From Auanema rhodensis (lineage: Eukaryota; Animalia; Nematoda): a stretch of 64,000 bases of DNA. Positions 10,881-25,620 of this stretch are shown one piece after another. The stretch lies in assembly GCA_964057225.1 (NCBI GenBank), contig OZ059896.1, positions 992,001 through 1,056,000 on the forward strand, in the 5' to 3' direction. The position numbers were made by a program, and so were the translations under genes. Below the pieces are notes generated by a model, which was not told where the DNA came from, did not search any database, and saw only the letters and a list, made by a program, of their open reading frames with translations. The stretch's first letter is position 1; every line of letters starts with the position of its first letter.

Positions 10881-13800
10881 ATCAACTGATATAAGTTCAC
10901 ACTTATATCCTCGATTTTCACCCTGAAGAATTAATTTTTTCGTTGAATAACATTGTCCATCGTTTTTTCCTTGAAAAAAGGAATCTAAAAACATTTACTT
11001 TTCGCTAAATTATTTTGAAATTTTTCGAAAAAATTTTTGTCAAAATGTTTTTGGAAGCAATGTTGAGTGTACATGGAAACTCAACATACACTAATGCATC
11101 ATTTTTCAAACGATCATAACTAATTTTGGTATTAAGCGTTTCTCAATGTAATATAGTGCATTCGATGCGGATTTTTAAGCTGCGTCGATCTGTGTTATCA
11201 GATTTGCGCTAGCTGAAAAATGCACCGAGATATCAACTGATATAAGTTCACACCTATATCCTCGATTTTCACCCTGAAGAATTAATTTTTTCGTTGAATA
11301 ACATTGTCCATCGTTTTTGCCTTGAAAAAAGGAATCTAAAAACATCTACTTTTCGCTAAATTATTTTGAAATTTTTTGAAAAAATTTTTGTCAAAATGTT
11401 TTTGGAAGCAATTTTGAGTGTACATGGAAACTAAACATACACTATTGCATCATTTTTCAAACGATCATAACTAATTTTTGTATTAAGCTTTTCTTAATGT
11501 AGTATAGTGCATTCGATGCGGATTTTTAAGCTGCGTCGATCTGTACTATCAGATTTGCGCTAGCTTGAAAATGCACCGAGATATCAACTGATATAAATTC
11601 ACACTTATATCCTCGATTTTCACCCTGAAGAATTAATTTTTTCGTTGAATAACATTGTCCATCGTTTTTGCCTTGAAAAAAGGAATCTAAAAACATTTAC
11701 TTTTTGCTAAATTATTTTGAAATTTTTCGAAAAAATTTTTGTCAAAATGTTTTTGGAAGCAATTTTGAGTGTACATGGAAACTCAACATACACTAATGCA
11801 TCATTTTTCAAACGATCATAACTAATTTTTGTATTAAGCTTTTCACAATGTAGTATAGTGCATTCGATGCGGATTTTTAAGCTGCGTCGATCTGTACTAT
11901 CAGATTTGCGCTAGCTTGAAAATGCACCGAGATATCAACTGATATAAGTTCACACCTATATCCTCGATTTTCACCCTGAAGAATTAATTTTTTCGTTGAA
12001 TAACATTGTCCATCGTTTTTGCCTTGAAAAAAGGAATCTAAAAACATCTACTTTTCGCTAAATTATTTTGAAATTTTTTGAAAAAAATTTTGTCAAAATG
12101 TTTTTGGAAGCAATTTTGAGTGTACATGGAAACTAAACATACACTATTGCATCATTTTTCAAACGATCATAACTAATTTTTGTATTAAGCTTTTCTTAAT
12201 GTAGTATAGTGCATTCGATGCGGATTTTTAAGCTGCGTCGATCTGTACTATCAGATTTGCGCTAGCTTGAAAATGCACCGAGATATCAACTGATATAAAT
12301 TCACACTTATATCCTTGATTTTCACCCTGAAGAATTAATTTTTTCGTTGAATAACATTGTCCATCGTTTTTGCCTTGAAAAAAGGAATCTAAAAACATTT
12401 ACTTTTTGCTAAATTATTTTGAAATTTTTCGAAAAAATTTTTGTCAAAATGTTTTTGGAAGCAATTTTGAGTGTACATGGAAACTCAACATACACTAATG
12501 CATCATTTTTCAAACGATCATAACTAATTTTTGTATTAAGCTTTTCACAATGTAGTATAGTGCATTCGATGCGGATTTTTAAGCTGCGTCGATCTGTACT
12601 ATCAGATTTGCGCTAGCTTGAAAATGCACCGAGATATCAACTGATATAAGTTCACACCTATATCCTCGATTTTCACCCTGAAGAATTAATTTTTTCGTTG
12701 AATAACATTGTCCATCGTTTTTGCCTTGAAAAAAGGAATCTAAAAACATCTACTTTTCGCTAAATTATTTTGAAATTTTTTGAAAAAATTTTTGTCAAAA
12801 TGTTTTTGGAAGCAATTTTGAGTGTACATGGAAACTCAACATACACTAATGCATCATTTTTCAAACGATCATAACTAATTTTTGTATTAAGCGTTTCTCA
12901 ATGTAGTATAATGCATTCGATGCGGATTTTTAAGCTGCGTCGATCTGTACTATCAGATTTGCGCTAGCTTGAAAATGCACCGAGATATCAACTGATATAA
13001 GTTCACACTTATATCCTCGATTTTCACCCTGAAGAATTAATTTTTTCGTTGAATAACATTGTCCATCGTTTTTGCCTCGAAAAAAGGAATCTAAAAACAT
13101 CTACTTTTCGCTAAATTATTCTGAAATTTTTCGAAAAAATTTTTGTCAAAATGTTTTTGGAAGCAATTTTGAGTGTACATGGAAACTCAACATACACTAA
13201 TGCATCATTTTTCAAACGATCATAACTAATTTTTGTATTGAGCGTTTCTCAATGTAGTATAGTGCATTCGATGCGGATTTTTAAGCTGCGTCGATCTGTA
13301 TTATCAGATTTGCGCTAGCTTGAAAATGCACCGAGATATCAACTGATATAAGTTCACACTTATATCCTCGATTTTCACCCTGAAGAATTAATTTTTTCGT
13401 TGAATAACATTGTCCATCGTTTTTTCCTTGAAAAAAGGAATCTAAAAACATTTACTTTTCGCTAAATTATTTTGAAATTTTTCGAAAAAATTTTTGTCAA
13501 AATGTTTTTGGAAGCAATGTTGAGTGTACATGGAAACTCAACATACACTAATGCATCATTTTTCAAACGATCATAACTAATTTTGGTATTAAGCGTTTCT
13601 CAATGTAATATAGTGCATTCGATGCGGATTTTTAAGCTGCGTCGATCTGTGTTATCAGATTTGCGCTAGCTGAAAAATGCACCGAGATATCAACTGATAT
13701 AAGTTCACACCTATATCCTCGATTTTCACCCTGAAGAATTAATTTTTTCGTTGAATAACATTGTCCATCGTTTTTGCCTTGAAAAAAGGAATCTAAAAAC

Positions 13801-15794
13801 ATCTACTTTTCGCTAAATTATTTTGAAATTTTTTGAAAAAATTTTTGTCAAAATGTTTTTGGAAGCAATTTTGAGTGTACATGGAAACTAAACATACACT
13901 ATTGCATCATTTTTCAAACGATCATAACTAATTTTTGTATTAAGCTTTTCTTAATGTAGTATAGTGCATTCGATGCGGATTTTTAAGCTGCGTCGATCTG
14001 TACTATCAGATTTGCGCTAGCTTGAAAATGCACCGAGATATCAACTGATATAAATTCACACTTATATCCTCGATTTTCACCCTGAAGAATTAATTTTTTC
14101 GTTGAATAACATTGTCCATCGTTTTTGCCTTGAAAAAAGGAATCTAAAAACATTTACTTTTTGCTAAATTATTTTGAAATTTTTCGAAAAAATTTTTGTC
14201 AAAATGTTTTTGGAAGCAATTTTGAGTGTACATGGAAACTCAACATACACTAATGCATCATTTTTCAAACGATCATAACTAATTTTTGTATTAAGCTTTT
14301 CACAATGTAGTATAGTGCATTCGATGCGGATTTTTAAGCTGCGTCGATCTGTACTATCAGATTTGCGCTAGCTTGAAAATGCACCGAGATATCAACTGAT
14401 ATAAGTTCACACCTATATCCTCGATTTTCACCCTGAAGAATTAATTTTTTCGTTGAATAACATTGTCCATCGTTTTTGCCTTGAAAAAAGGAATCTAAAA
14501 ACATCTACTTTTCGCTAAATTATTTTGAAATTTTTTGAAAAAATTTTTGTCAAAATGTTTTTGGAAGCAATTTTGAGTGTACATGGAAACTAAACATACA
14601 CTATTGCATCATTTTTCAAACGATCATAACTAATTTTTGTATTAAGCTTTTCTTAATGTAGTATAGTGCATTCGATGCGGATTTTTAAGCTGCGTCGATC
14701 TGTACTATCAGATTTGCGCTAGCTTGAAAATGCACCGAGATATCAACTGATATAAATTCACACTTATATCCTCGATTTTCACCCTGAAGAATTAATTTTT
14801 TCGTTGAATAACATTGTCCATCGTTTTTGCCTTGAAAAAAGGAATCTAAAAACATTTACTTTTTGCTAAATTATTTTGAAATTTTTCGAAAAAATTTTTG
14901 TCAAAATGTTTTTGGAAGCAATTTTGAGTGTACATGGAAACTCAACATACACTAATGCATCATTTTTCAAACGATCATAACTAATTTTTGTATTAAGCTT
15001 TTCACAATGTAGTATAGTGCATTCGATGCGGATTTTTAAGCTGCGTCGATCTGTACTATCAGATTTGCGCTAGCTTGAAAATGCACCGAGATATCAACTG
15101 ATATAAGTTCACACCTATATCCTCGATTTTCACCCTGAAGAATTAATTTTTTCGTTGAATAACATTGTCCATCGTTTTTGCCTTGAAAAAAGGAATCTAA
15201 AAACATCTACTTTTCGCTAAATTATTTTGAAATTTTTTGAAAAAATTTTTGTCAAAATGTTTTTGGAAGCAATTTTGAGTGTACATGGAAACTCAACATA
15301 CACTAATGCATCATTTTTCAAACGATCATAACTAATTTTTGTATTAAGCGTTTCTCAATGTAGTATAATGCATTCGATGCGGATTTTTAAGCTGCGTCGA
15401 TCTGTACTATCAGATTTGCGCTAGCTTGAAAATGCACCGAGATATCAACTGATATAAGTTCACACTTATATCCTCGATTTTCACCCTGAAGAATTAATTT
15501 TTTCGTTGAATAACATTGTCCATCGTTTTTGCCTCGAAAAAAGGAATCTAAAAACATCTACTTTTCGCTAAATTATTCTGAAATTTTTCGAAAAAATTTT
15601 TGTCAAAATGTTTTTGGAAGCAATTTTGAGTGTACATGGAAACTCAACATACACTAATGCATCATTTTTCAAACGATCATAACTAATTTTTGTATTGAGC
15701 GTTTCTCAATGTAGTATAGTGCATTCGATGCGGATTTTTAAGCTGCGTCGATCTGTACTATCAGATTTGCGCTAGCTTGAAAATGCACCGAGAT
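10881..15794. repeat. Tandem higher-order duplication, 7 monomers (2457 bp) x2, each with an internal dimer duplication
   Basis: TTTTTTCC variant at about 10969 and 13426. CTAAACATACACTATTG at 11431, 12133, 13888 and 14590 (spacings 702 and 2457). Confidence 0.9.
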
Positions 15795-17198
15795 ATCAAC
15801 TGATATAAGTTCACACTTATATCCTCGATTTTCACCCTGAAGAATTAATTTTTTCGTTGAATAACATTGTCCATCGTTTTTGCCTCGAAAAAAGGAATCT
15901 AAAAACATCTACTTTTCGCTAAATTATTTTGAAATTTTTCGAAAAAATTTTTGTCAAAATGTTTTTGGAAGCAATTTGGAGTGTACATGGAAACTCAACA
16001 TACACTAATGCATCATTTTTCAAACGATCATAACTAATTTTTGTATTGAGCTTTTCTTAATGTAGTATAGTGCATTCGATGCGGATTTTTAAGCTGCGTC
16101 GATCTGTGTTATCAAATTTCCGCTAGCTTAAAAATGCACCGAGATATCAACTGATATAAGTTCACACTTATATCCTCGGTTTTCACCCTGAAGAATTAAT
16201 TTTTTCGTTGAATAACATTGTCCATCGTTTTTGCCTTGAAAAAAGGAATCTAAAAACATCTACTTTTTGCTAAATTATTTTGGAATTTTTCGAAAAAATT
16301 TTTGTCAAAATGTTTTTGGAAGCAATTTTGAGTGTACATGGAAACTCAACATACACTAATGCATCATTTTTCAAACGATCATAACTTATTTTTGTATTAA
16401 GCGTTTCTCAATGTAGTATAGTGCATTCGATGCGGATTTTTAAGCTGCGTCGATCTGTACTATCAGATTTGCGCTAGCTTGAAAATGCACCGAGATATCA
16501 ACTGATATAAGTTCACACTTATATCCTCGATTTTCACCCTGAAGAATTAATTTTTTCGTTGAATAACATTGTCCATCGTTTTTGCCTCGAAAAAAGGAAT
16601 CTAAAAACATCTACTTTTCGCTAAATTATTTTGAAATTTTTCGAAAAAATTTTTGTCAAAATGTTTTTGGAAGCAATTTGGAGTGTACATGGAAACTCAA
16701 CATACACTAATGCATCATTTTTCAAACGATCATAACTAATTTTTGTATTGAGCTTTTCTTAATGTAGTATAGTGCATTCGATGCGGATTTTTAAGCTGCG
16801 TCGATCTGTGTTATCAAATTTCCGCTAGCTTAAAAATGCACCGAGATATCAACTGATATAAGTTCACACTTATATCCTCGGTTTTCACCCTGAAGAATTA
16901 ATTTTTTCGTTGAATAACATTGTCCATCGTTTTTGCCTTGAAAAAAGGAATCTAAAAACATCTACTTTTTGCTAAATTATTTTGGAATTTTTCGAAAAAA
17001 TTTTTGTCAAAATGTTTTTGGAAGCAATTTTGAGTGTACATGGAAACTCAACATACACTAATGCATCATTTTTCAAACGATCATAACTTATTTTTGTATT
17101 AAGCGTTTCTCAATGTAGTATAGTGCATTCGATGCGGATTTTTAAGCTGCGTCGATCTGTACTATCAGATTTGCGCTAGCTTGAAAATGCACCGAGAT
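15795..17198. repeat. Dimer (702 bp) tandem duplication
   Basis: A monomer with ATTTGG/TTGAGCTTTTCTT followed by a monomer with CTCGGT/TTGGAA, repeated at +702. Confidence 0.9.
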
Positions 17199-20100
17199 AT
17201 CAACTGATATAAGTTCACACTTATATCCTCGATTTTCACCCTGAAGAATTAATTTTTTCGTTGAATAACATTGTCCATCGTTTTTGCCTCGAAAAAAGGA
17301 ATCTAAAAACATCTACTTTTCGCTAAATTATTCTGAAATTTTTCGAAAAAATTTTTGTCAAAATGTTTTTGGAAGCAATTTTGAGTGTACATGGAAACTC
17401 AACATACACTAATGCATCATTTTTCAAACGATCATAACTAATTTTTGTATTGAGCGTTTCTCAATGTAGTATAGTGCATTCGATGCGGATTTTTAAGCTG
17501 CGTCGATCTGTACTATCAGATTTGCGCTAGCTTGAAAATGCACCGAGATATCAACTGATATAAGTTCACACTTATATCCTCGATTTTCACCCTGAAGAAT
17601 TAATTTTTTCGTTGAATAACATTGTCCATCGTTTTTGCCTCGAAAAAAGGAATCTAAAAACATCTACTTTTCGCTAAATTATTTTGAAATTTTTCGAAAA
17701 AATTTTTGTCAAAATGTTTTTGGAAGCAATGTTGAGTGTACATGGAAACTCAACATACACTAATGCATCATTTTTCAAACGATCATAACTAATTTTTGTA
17801 TTAAGCTTTTCTTAATGTAGTATAGTGCATTCGATGCGGATTTTTAAGCTGCGTCGATATGTGTTATCAAATTTCCGCTAGCTTAAAAATGCACCGAGAT
17901 ATCAACTGATATAAGTTCACACTTATATCCTCGGTTTTCACCCTGAAGAATTAATTTTTTCGTTGAATAACATTGTCCATCGTTTTTGCCTTGAAAAAAG
18001 GAATCTAAAAACATCTACTTTTTGCTAAATTATTTTGAAATTTTTCGAAAAAATTTTTGTCAAAATGTTTTTGGAAGCAATTTTGAGTGTACATGGAAAC
18101 TCGACATACACTAATGCATCATTTTTCAAACGATCATAACTAATTTTGGTATTAAGCGTTTCTCAATGTAGTATAGTGCATTCGATGCGGATTTTTAAGC
18201 TGCGTCGATCTGTATTATCAGATTTGCGCTAGCTTGAAAATGCACCGAGATATCAACTGATATAAGTTCACACTTATATCCTCGATTTTCACCCTGAAGA
18301 ATTATTTTTTCGTTGAATAACATTGTCCATCGTTTTTGCCTCGAAAAAAGGAATCTAAAAACATCTACTTTTCGCTAAATTATTTTGAAATTTTTTGAAA
18401 AAATTTTTGTCAAAATGTTTTTGGAAGCAATTTTGAGTGTACATGGAAACTCAACATACACTAATGCATCATTTTTCAAACGATCATAACTAATTTTTGT
18501 ATTAAGCGTTTCTCAATGTAGTATAGTGCATTCGATGCGGATTTTTAAGCTGCGTCGATCTGTACTATCAGATTTGCGCTAGCTTGAAAATGCACCGAGA
18601 TATCAACTGATATAAGTTCACACTTATATCCTCGATTTTCACCCTGAAGAATTAATTTTTTCGTTGAATAACATTGTCCATCGTTTTTGCCTCGAAAAAA
18701 GGAATCTAAAAACATCTACTTTTCGCTAAATTATTTTGAAATTTTTCGAAAAAATTTTTGTCAAAATGTTTTTGGAAGCAATGTTGAGTGTACATGGAAA
18801 CTCAACATACACTAATGCATCATTTTTCAAACGATCATAACTAATTTTTGTATTAAGCTTTTCTTAATGTAGTATAGTGCATTCGATGCGGATTTTTAAG
18901 CTGCGTCGATATGTGTTATCAAATTTCCGCTAGCTTAAAAATGCACCGAGATATCAACTGATATAAGTTCACACTTATATCCTCGATTTTCACCCTGAAG
19001 AATCAATTTTTTCGTTGAATAACATTGTCCATCGTTTTTGCCTCGAAAAAAGGAATCTAAAAACATCTACTTTTCGCTAAATTATTTTGAAATTTTTCGA
19101 AAAAATTTTTGTCAAAATGTTTTTGGAAGCAATGTTGAGTGTACATGGAAACTCAACATACACTAATGCATCATTTTTCAAACGATCATAACTAATTTTT
19201 GTATTAAGCTTTTCTTAATGTAGTATAGTGCATTCGATGCGGATTTTTAAGCTGCGTCGATATGTGTTATCAAATTTCCGCTAGCTTAAAAATGCACCGA
19301 GATATCAACTGATATAAGTTCACACTTATATCCTCGATTTTCACCCTGAAGAATTAATTTTTTCGTTGAATAACATTGTCCATCGTTTTTGCCTCAAAAA
19401 AAGGAATCTAAAAACATCTACTTTTCGCTAAATTATTTTGAAATTTTTCGAAAAAATTTTTGTCAAAATGTTTTTGGAAGCAATTTTGAGTGTACATGGA
19501 AACTCAACATACACTAATGCATCATTTTTCAAACGATCATAACTAATTTTTGTATTAAGCGTTTCTCAATGTAGTATAGTGCATTCGATGCGGATTTTTA
19601 AGCTGCGTCGATCTGTACTATCAGATTTGCGCTAGCTTGAAAATGCACCGAGATATCAACTGATATAAGTTCACACCTATATCCTCGATTTTCACCCTGA
19701 AGAATTAATTTTTTCGTTGAATAACATTGTCCATCGTTTTTGCCTTGAAAAAAGGAATCTAAAAACATCTACTTTTCGTTAAATTATTTTGAAATTTTTT
19801 GAAAAAATTTTTTGAAAAATGTTTTTGGAAGCAATTTTGAGTGTACATGGAAACTCAACATACACTAATGCATCATTTTTCAAACGATCATAACTAATTT
19901 TTGTATTAAGCTTTTCTTAATGTAGTATAGTGCATTCGATGCGGATTTTTAAGCTGCGTCGATCTGTGTTATCAAATTTCCGCTAGCTTAAAAATGCACC
20001 GAGATATCAACTGATATAAGTTCACACTTATATCCTCGATTTTCACCCTGAAGAATTAATTTTTTCGTTGAATAACATTGTCCATCGTTTTTGCCTCAAA

Positions 20101-22112
20101 AAAAGGAATCTAAAAACATCTACTTTTCGCTAAATTATTTTGAAATTTTTCGAAAAAATTTTTGTCAAAATGTTTTTGGAAGCAATTTTGAGTGTACATG
20201 GAAACTCAACATACACTAATGCATCATTTTTCAAACGATCATAACTAATTTTTGTATTAAGCGTTTCTCAATGTAGTATAGTGCATTCGATGCGGATTTT
20301 TAAGCTGCGTCGATCTGTACTATCAGATTTGCGCTAGCTTGAAAATGCACCGAGATATCAACTGATATAAGTTCACACCTATATCCTCGATTTTCACCCT
20401 GAAGAATTAATTTTTTCGTTGAATAACATTGTCCATCGTTTTTGCCTTGAAAAAAGGAATCTAAAAACATCTACTTTTCGCTAAATTATTTTGAAATTTT
20501 TTGAAAAAATTTTTGTCAAAATGTTTTTGGAAGCAATTTTGAGTGTACATGGAAACTCAACATACACTAATGCATCATTTTTCAAACGATCATAACTAAT
20601 TTTTGTATTAAGCGTTTCTCAATGTAGTATAGTGCATTCGATGCGGATTTTTAAGCTGCGTCGATCTGTACTATCAGATTTGCGCTAGCTTGAAAATGCA
20701 CCGAGATATCAACTGATATAAGTTCACACTTATATCCTCGATTTTCACCCTGAAGAATTAATTTTTTCGTTGAATAACATTGTCCATCGTTTTTGCCTCG
20801 AAAAAAGGAATCTAAAAACATCTACTTTTCGCTAAATTATTTTGAAATTTTTCGAAAAAATTTTTGTCAAAATGTTTTTGGAAGCAATGTTGAGTGTACA
20901 TGGAAACTCAACATACACTAATGCATCATTTTTCAAACGATCATAACTAATTTTTGTATTAAGCTTTTCTTAATGTAGTATAGTGCATTCGATGCGGATT
21001 TTTAAGCTGCGTCGATCTGTGTTATCAAATTTCCGCTAGCTTAAAAATGCACCGAGATATCAACTGATATAAGTTCACACTTATATCCTCGATTTTCACC
21101 CTGAAGAATTAATTTTTTCGTTGAATAACATTGTCCATCGTTTTTGCCTCGAAAAAAGGAATCTAAAAACATCTACTTTTCGCTAAATTATTTTGAAATT
21201 TTTCGAAAAAATTTTTGTCAAAATGTTTTTGGAAGCAATGTTGAGTGTACATGGAAACTCAACATACACTAATGCATCATTTTTCAAACGATCATAACTA
21301 ATTTTTGTATTAAGCTTTTCTTAATGTAGTATAGTGCATTCGATGCGGATTTTTAAGCTGCGTCGATCTGTGTTATCAAATTTCCGCTAGCTTAAAAATG
21401 CACCGAGATATCAACTGATATAAGTTCACACTTATATCCTCGATTTTCACCCTGAAGAATTAATTTTTTCGTTGAATAACATTGTCCATCGTTTTTGCCT
21501 CAAAAAAAGGAATCTAAAAACATCTACTTTTCGCTAAATTATTTTGAAATTTTTCGAAAAAATTTTTGTCAAAATGTTTTTGGAAGCAATTTTGAGTGTA
21601 CATGGAAACTCAACATACACTAATGCATCATTTTTCAAACGATCATAACTAATTTTTGTATTAAGCGTTTCTCAATGTAGTATAGTGCATTCGATGCGGA
21701 TTTTTAAGCTGCGTCGATCTGTACTATCAGATTTGCGCTAGCTTGAAAATGCACCGAGATATCAACTGATATAAGTTCACACCTATATCCTCGATTTTCA
21801 CCCTGAAGAATTAATTTTTTCGTTGAATAACATTGTCCATCGTTTTTGCCTTGAAAAAAGGAATCTAAAAACATCTACTTTTCGCTAAATTATTTTGAAA
21901 TTTTTTGAAAAAATTTTTGTCAAAATGTTTTTGGAAGCAATTTTGTTGTGTACATGGAAACTCAACATACACTAATGCATCATTTTTCAAACGATCATAA
22001 CTAATTTTTGTATTAAGCGTTTCTCAATGTAGTATAGTGCATTCGATGCGGATTTTTAAGCTGCGTCGATCTGTACTATCAGATTTGCGCTAGCTTGAAA
22101 ATGCACCGAGAT

Positions 22113-25100
22113 ATCAACTGATATAAGTTCACACTTATATCCTCGATTTTCACCCTGAAGAATTAATTTTTTCGTTGAATAACATTGTCCATCGTTTTTG
22201 CCTCGAAAAAAGGAATCTAAAAACATCTACTTTTCGCTAAATTATTTTGAAATTTTTCGAAAAAATTTTTGTCAAAATGTTTTTGGAAGCAATGTTGAGT
22301 GTACATGGAAACTCAACATACACTAATGCATCATTTTTCAAACGATCATAACTAATTTTTGTATTAAGCTTTTCTTAATGTAGTATAGTGCATTCGATGC
22401 GGATTTTTAAGCTGCGTCGATCTGTGTTATCAAATTTCCGCTAGCTTAAAAATGCACCGAGATATGAACTGATATAAGTTCACACTTATATCCTCGATTT
22501 TCACCCTGAAGAATTAATTTTTTCGTTGAATAACATTGTCCATCGTTTTTGCCTTGAAAAAAGGAATCTAAAAACATCTACTTTTCGCTAAATTATTTTG
22601 AAATTTTTTGAAAAAATTTTTTGAAAAATGTTTTTGGAAGCAATTTTGAGTGTACATGGAAACTCAACATACACTAATGCATCATTTTTCAAACGATCAT
22701 AACTAATTTTTGTATTAAGCGTTTCTCAATGTAGTATAGTGCATTCGATGCGGATTTTTAAGCTGCGTCGATCTGTGTTATCAGATTTGCGCTAGCTGAA
22801 AAATGCACCGAGATATCAACTGATATAAGTTCACACTTATATTTTCGATGTTCACCCTGAAGAATTAATTTTTTCGTTGAATAACATTGTCCATCGTTTT
22901 TGCCTCGAAAAAAGGAATCTAAAAACATCTACTTCTCGCTAAATTATTTTGAAATTTTCGAAAAAATTTTTGTCAAAATGTTTTTGGAAGCAATGTTGAG
23001 TGTACATGGAAACTCAACATACACTAATGCATCATTTTTCAAACGATCATAACTAATTTTTGTATTAAGCGTTTCTCAATGTAGTATAGTGCATTCGATG
23101 CGGATTTTTAAGCTGCGTCGATCTGTACTATCAGATTTGCGCTAGCTTGAAAATGCACCGAGATATCAACTGATATAAGTTCACACTTATATCCTCGATT
23201 TTCACCCTGAAGAATTAATTTTTTCGTTGAATAACATTGTCCATCGTTTTTGCCTTGAAAAAAGGAATCTAAAAACATCTACTTTCCGCTAAATTATTTT
23301 GAAATTTTTTGAAAAAATTTTTGTCAAAATGTTTTTGGAAGCAATTTTGAGTGTACATGGAAACTCAACATACACTAATGCATCATTTTTCAAACGATCA
23401 TAACTAATTTTTGTATTAAGCGTTTCTCAATGTAGTATAGTGCATTCGATGCGGATTTTTAAGCTGCGTCGATCTGTACTATCAGATTTGCGCTAGCTTG
23501 AAAATGCACCGAGATATCAACTGATATAAGTTCACACCTATATCCTCGATTTTCACCCTGAAGAATTAATTTTTTCGTTGAATAACATTGTCCATCGTTT
23601 TTGCCTTGAAAAAAGGAATCTAAAAACATCTACTTTTCGCTAAATTATTTAGAAATTTTTCGAAAAAATTTTTGTCAAAATGTTTTTGGAAGCAATTTTG
23701 AGTGTACATGGAAACTCAACATACACTAATGCATCATTTTTCAAACGATCATAACTAATTTTTGTATTAAGCGTTTCTCAATGTAGTATAGTGCATTCGA
23801 TGCGGATTTTTAAGCTGCGTCGATCTGTACTATCAGATTTGCGCTAGCTTGAAAATGCACCGAGATATCAACTGATATAAGTTCACACCTATATCCTCGA
23901 TTTTCACCCTGAAGAATTAATTTTTTCGTTGAATAACATTGTCCATCGTTTTTGCCTTGAAAAAAGGAATCTAAAAACATCTACTTTTCGCTAAATTATT
24001 TTGAAATTTTTTGAAAAAATTTTTGTCAAAATGTTTTTGGAAGCAATTTTGAGTGTACATGGAAACTCAACATACACTAATGCATCATTTTTCAAACGAT
24101 CATAACTAATTTTTGTATTAAGCGTTTCTCAATGTAGTATAGTGCATTCGATGCGGATTTTTAAGCTGCGTCGATCTGTACTATCAGATTTGCGCTAGCT
24201 TGAAAATGCACCGAGATATCAACTGATATAAGTTCACACTTATATCCTCGATTTTCACCCTGAAGAATTAATTTTTTCGTTGAATAACATTGTCCATCGT
24301 TTTTGCCTCGAAAAAAGGAATCTAAAAACATCTACTTTTCGCTAAATTATTTTGAAATTTTTCGAAAAAATTTTTGTCAAAATGTTTTTGGAAGCAATGT
24401 TGAGTGTACATGGAAACTCAACATACACTAATGCATCATTTTTCAAACGATCATAACTAATTTTTGTATTAAGCTTTTCTTAATGTAGTATAGTGCATTC
24501 GATGCGGATTTTTAAGCTGCGTCGATCTGTGTTATCAAATTTCCGCTAGCTTAAAAATGCACCGAGATATGAACTGATATAAGTTCACACTTATATCCTC
24601 GATTTTCACCCTGAAGAATTAATTTTTTCGTTGAATAACATTGTCCATCGTTTTTGCCTTGAAAAAAGGAATCTAAAAACATCTACTTTTCGCTAAATTA
24701 TTTTGAAATTTTTTGAAAAAATTTTTTGAAAAATGTTTTTGGAAGCAATTTTGAGTGTACATGGAAACTCAACATACACTAATGCATCATTTTTCAAACG
24801 ATCATAACTAATTTTTGTATTAAGCGTTTCTCAATGTAGTATAGTGCATTCGATGCGGATTTTTAAGCTGCGTCGATCTGTGTTATCAGATTTGCGCTAG
24901 CTGAAAAATGCACCGAGATATCAACTGATATAAGTTCACACTTATATTTTCGATGTTCACCCTGAAGAATTAATTTTTTCGTTGAATAACATTGTCCATC
25001 GTTTTTGCCTCGAAAAAAGGAATCTAAAAACATCTACTTCTCGCTAAATTATTTTGAAATTTTCGAAAAAATTTTTGTCAAAATGTTTTTGGAAGCAATG

Positions 25101-25620
25101 TTGAGTGTACATGGAAACTCAACATACACTAATGCATCATTTTTCAAACGATCATAACTAATTTTTGTATTAAGCGTTTCTCAATGTAGTATAGTGCATT
25201 CGATGCGGATTTTTAAGCTGCGTCGATCTGTACTATCAGATTTGCGCTAGCTTGAAAATGCACCGAGATATCAACTGATATAAGTTCACACTTATATCCT
25301 CGATTTTCACCCTGAAGAATTAATTTTTTCGTTGAATAACATTGTCCATCGTTTTTGCCTTGAAAAAAGGAATCTAAAAACATCTACTTTCCGCTAAATT
25401 ATTTTGAAATTTTTTGAAAAAATTTTTGTCAAAATGTTTTTGGAAGCAATTTTGAGTGTACATGGAAACTCAACATACACTAATGCATCATTTTTCAAAC
25501 GATCATAACTAATTTTTGTATTAAGCGTTTCTCAATGTAGTATAGTGCATTCGATGCGGATTTTTAAGCTGCGTCGATCTGTACTATCAGATTTGCGCTA
25601 GCTTGAAAATGCACCGAGAT
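22113..25620. repeat. Higher-order duplication with 2105-bp period (6 monomers minus 1 bp)
   Basis: GATATGAAC at 22466 and 24571. ATTTTCGATG at 22841 and 24946. Shared 1-bp deletion at about 22955 and 25060. Confidence 0.9.
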
